DNA of 28,898 nucleotides from Candidatus Hydrogenedentota bacterium (GTDB lineage Bacteria; Hydrogenedentota; Hydrogenedentia; Hydrogenedentales; CAITNO01), in contig JAKLHG010000001.1 of the NCBI GenBank assembly GCA_022710255.1, forward strand, positions 1 through 28,898, read 5' to 3'. Numbering within the stretch: position 1 is the stretch's first letter; the number at the start of each line of letters is the position of its first letter. The notes under the pieces were generated by a model. It made no database searches, was not told where the DNA came from, and saw only the letters and a program-made list of their open reading frames with translations. This document shows, piece by piece, positions 27,271-28,898 of this stretch. A program made the translations under genes and the position numbers.

Positions 27271-28053
27271 ATGGTTAAAAGAAGCGGATACAGGCGGATG
27301 ACGGCTTTGCTGCTCCTCCTTTCCGCGGCCATGGTTTCCGGATGTGTCAAGGGCACAAGCGACATCTTCATCGAAGAGATGGAACTGTGCGCCGCCCGGG
27401 AACTGGCCATCTCCAATCCCGTGGGCAATGTCACCGTCACCGGCAACGCGTTCAATGATAACGACGGGGTGGTATTTATCAAGACCGAAAAGTATGTGGA
27501 CGCCTACAGTTTGTTCGGTTTCGCCTCACCCAATGCTTATCTGGACTCGGTGATGGTCTCCCCGACACTGAAGGGTGGGCGGGTGGAGTTGGCCGTACAA
27601 TTGGGCGCCCGCGGCTTCCTGGAACGCCTCTTTGTGCGTATTGTGCCGCATGTCAACCGGTTCGTGGAAACGCCCACCTATATTTCCACAAATGCCGAGG
27701 TCCAGTTTGGCAATATGCACTTACGAAATCTGCCGGGGAACGTGACTGCCGCCGTATCTGTGGGGAATGTGACGACAGCCGCGCCCATGGGCATTTTTGG
27801 AGAACAGCATTTCGACATTCACGTGGGGAAATTGGAGTTGTCTCTTTCCCCAAAGGCAAGTTTTGAATACGATCTGGCGGTGGATATCGGCAAAGCGGAA
27901 TTTCAGGACTTTGACCTTAATCTGCATCAACGTATTATGGGCGCCCGCGCTGCGGGGTTGAAAGGCACCCTTGATCAACCCGGTCTGATTACGGCGAAGG
28001 TGTCCATGGGCACCCTCACGGTAAAGGCGCAGGAAACGACAACGCTTGAATAA
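27271..28053 (+). CDS. Lipoprotein with beta-solenoid repeats (DUF4097 / putative adhesin-like)
   Basis: GGAG SD before ATG 27271; lipobox-like MVSGC; repeated V..G.V/L units (NPVGNVTV, VQFGNMHL, VSVGNVT, IHVGKLEL, VDIGKAE, VSMGTLTV). Confidence 0.6.
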   Translation: MVKRSGYRRMTALLLLLSAAMVSGCVKGTSDIFIEEMELCAARELAISNPVGNVTVTGNAFNDNDGVVFIKTEKYVDAYSLFGFASPNAYLDSVMVSPTLKGGRVELAVQLGARGFLERLFVRIVPHVNRFVETPTYISTNAEVQFGNMHLRNLPGNVTAAVSVGNVTTAAPMGIFGEQHFDIHVGKLELSLSPKASFEYDLAVDIGKAEFQDFDLNLHQRIMGARAAGLKGTLDQPGLITAKVSMGTLTVKAQETTTLE

Positions 28054-28251
28054 GCCTTCCGCTTCCCGGTCCACATCCACAACTGCTATACGGGGACAAC
28101 TGTTGTCGTTGCGGGAATTATTAAAATAGACGGTACTGTTCTTTTGTTTGTTTTTCATCGTGTGCATTTTCCACGCCGAACATGATAGTATCCGGTTGCG
28201 TACTATCCATACACGGCTGCGAACGCAATCCACACAGAAGGAGAGTAAATC

Positions 28252-28898
28252 ATGCAGTATAAAATGTTGGGGAATTCGGGGATTAAGGCTTCCGTGGTGG
28301 CGATGGGCACCTGGGTGACCGGCGGCGGCCTGACCTGGGATGGGGTTGAGGACAAGGAATCGCTGCGCGCGATTGATGCGGCGCTCGCTGCCGGGGTCAA
28401 CTTTATCGACACCGCACCCGGCTACGGCTGGGGCCACGCGGAGGAAATCATCGCGAAGGCTTTGAAGGGGCGCCGTGACAAGGCGGTCATTGCAACCAAA
28501 TGCGGCATCTGGTGGGAAGATAACCGCGGCGCTTTTCACGCGCATCTTGACGGCAAGGATGTCTATATCAGCCTGCGGCCGGAAACGATTCAGATCGAGG
28601 TCGAAAACAGCCTGCGCCGTCTGGAGACGGATTACATTGATTTGTACCAGACCCACTGGCCGTCGAAAGAACCGGACCTCACGCCCATAGAAGACACCAT
28701 GGCCTGCCTGATGAAGTTGAAGGATGCGGGTAAAATCCGCGCCATCGGGGTGTCGAATGTTTCCCTGGAACAATTGGAGGAAAACGGCGCCTGCGGCCCG
28801 GTGGCCAGCGACCAGTTTCGCTACAGCATGCTTTACAGGGAGCCTGAAGCGCATATCCTGCCCTATTGCCGCCAGAAGGGGTTGGCCACCCTGACCTA
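28252..28898 (+). CDS. Aldo/keto reductase (partial, runs off the window; not in the ORF track)
   Basis: SD AAGGAGAG; MQYKMLGNSGIKASVVAMGTW, GVNFIDTAPGYG.G.AE, IATKCG, SLRRLETDYIDLYQTHWP, GKIRAIGVSN. Confidence 0.93.
   Translation, partial: MQYKMLGNSGIKASVVAMGTWVTGGGLTWDGVEDKESLRAIDAALAAGVNFIDTAPGYGWGHAEEIIAKALKGRRDKAVIATKCGIWWEDNRGAFHAHLDGKDVYISLRPETIQIEVENSLRRLETDYIDLYQTHWPSKEPDLTPIEDTMACLMKLKDAGKIRAIGVSNVSLEQLEENGACGPVASDQFRYSMLYREPEAHILPYCRQKGLATLT

Noticed and set aside
3928-28854. Long antisense or alternative-frame ORFs (3928-4803, 7814-8857, 13462-14325, 13803-14843, 18985-20382, 20884-22062, 22928-23911, 25226-26332, 27721-28854)
   Set aside because: They overlap well-supported genes, show no recognisable motifs and are typical shadow ORFs of GC-rich codon usage.

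Overview
GC-rich diderm bacterial chromosome segment; the protein styles suggest a Hydrogenedentes/PVC-like lineage, which is inference only. Left third: the 3' end of a low-molecular-weight protein-tyrosine phosphatase runs directly into an N-terminally headless BtuF/FhuD-type binding protein, followed by its ABC ATPase and permease. Next come a membrane M28 peptidase, an unannotated unit of two small amphipathic peptides with its own SD sites and terminator, and an FMN-riboswitch-led ribD-ribE-ribBA-ribH-nusB-PHP operon. Middle (about 11.0-18.8 kb): an accessory region with a truncated outer-membrane beta-barrel gene, a Y1/RAYT transposase fragment and a decayed restriction-modification-like locus. 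That locus has a 63-aa methyltransferase stub, a YhcG/DUF1016 nuclease and a T5orf172/GIY-YIG-SF2 helicase, the last two each broken by one in-frame TAG at a probable Glu position. It is followed by about 2.7 kb without recognisable genes that is densely packed with REP/REPIN-like inverted repeats, including an ~800-bp symmetric nested structure. Right third: GH36 alpha-galactosidase, TolC-family protein, dnaE, CinA/PncC, a DUF4097-like lipoprotein and a partial aldo/keto reductase. The best candidates for something new are the paralogous small-peptide pair, the twin amber interruptions in the defence locus, and the symmetric multi-REP structure. All family assignments rest on motif recognition and recalled family consensus, not on database searches.
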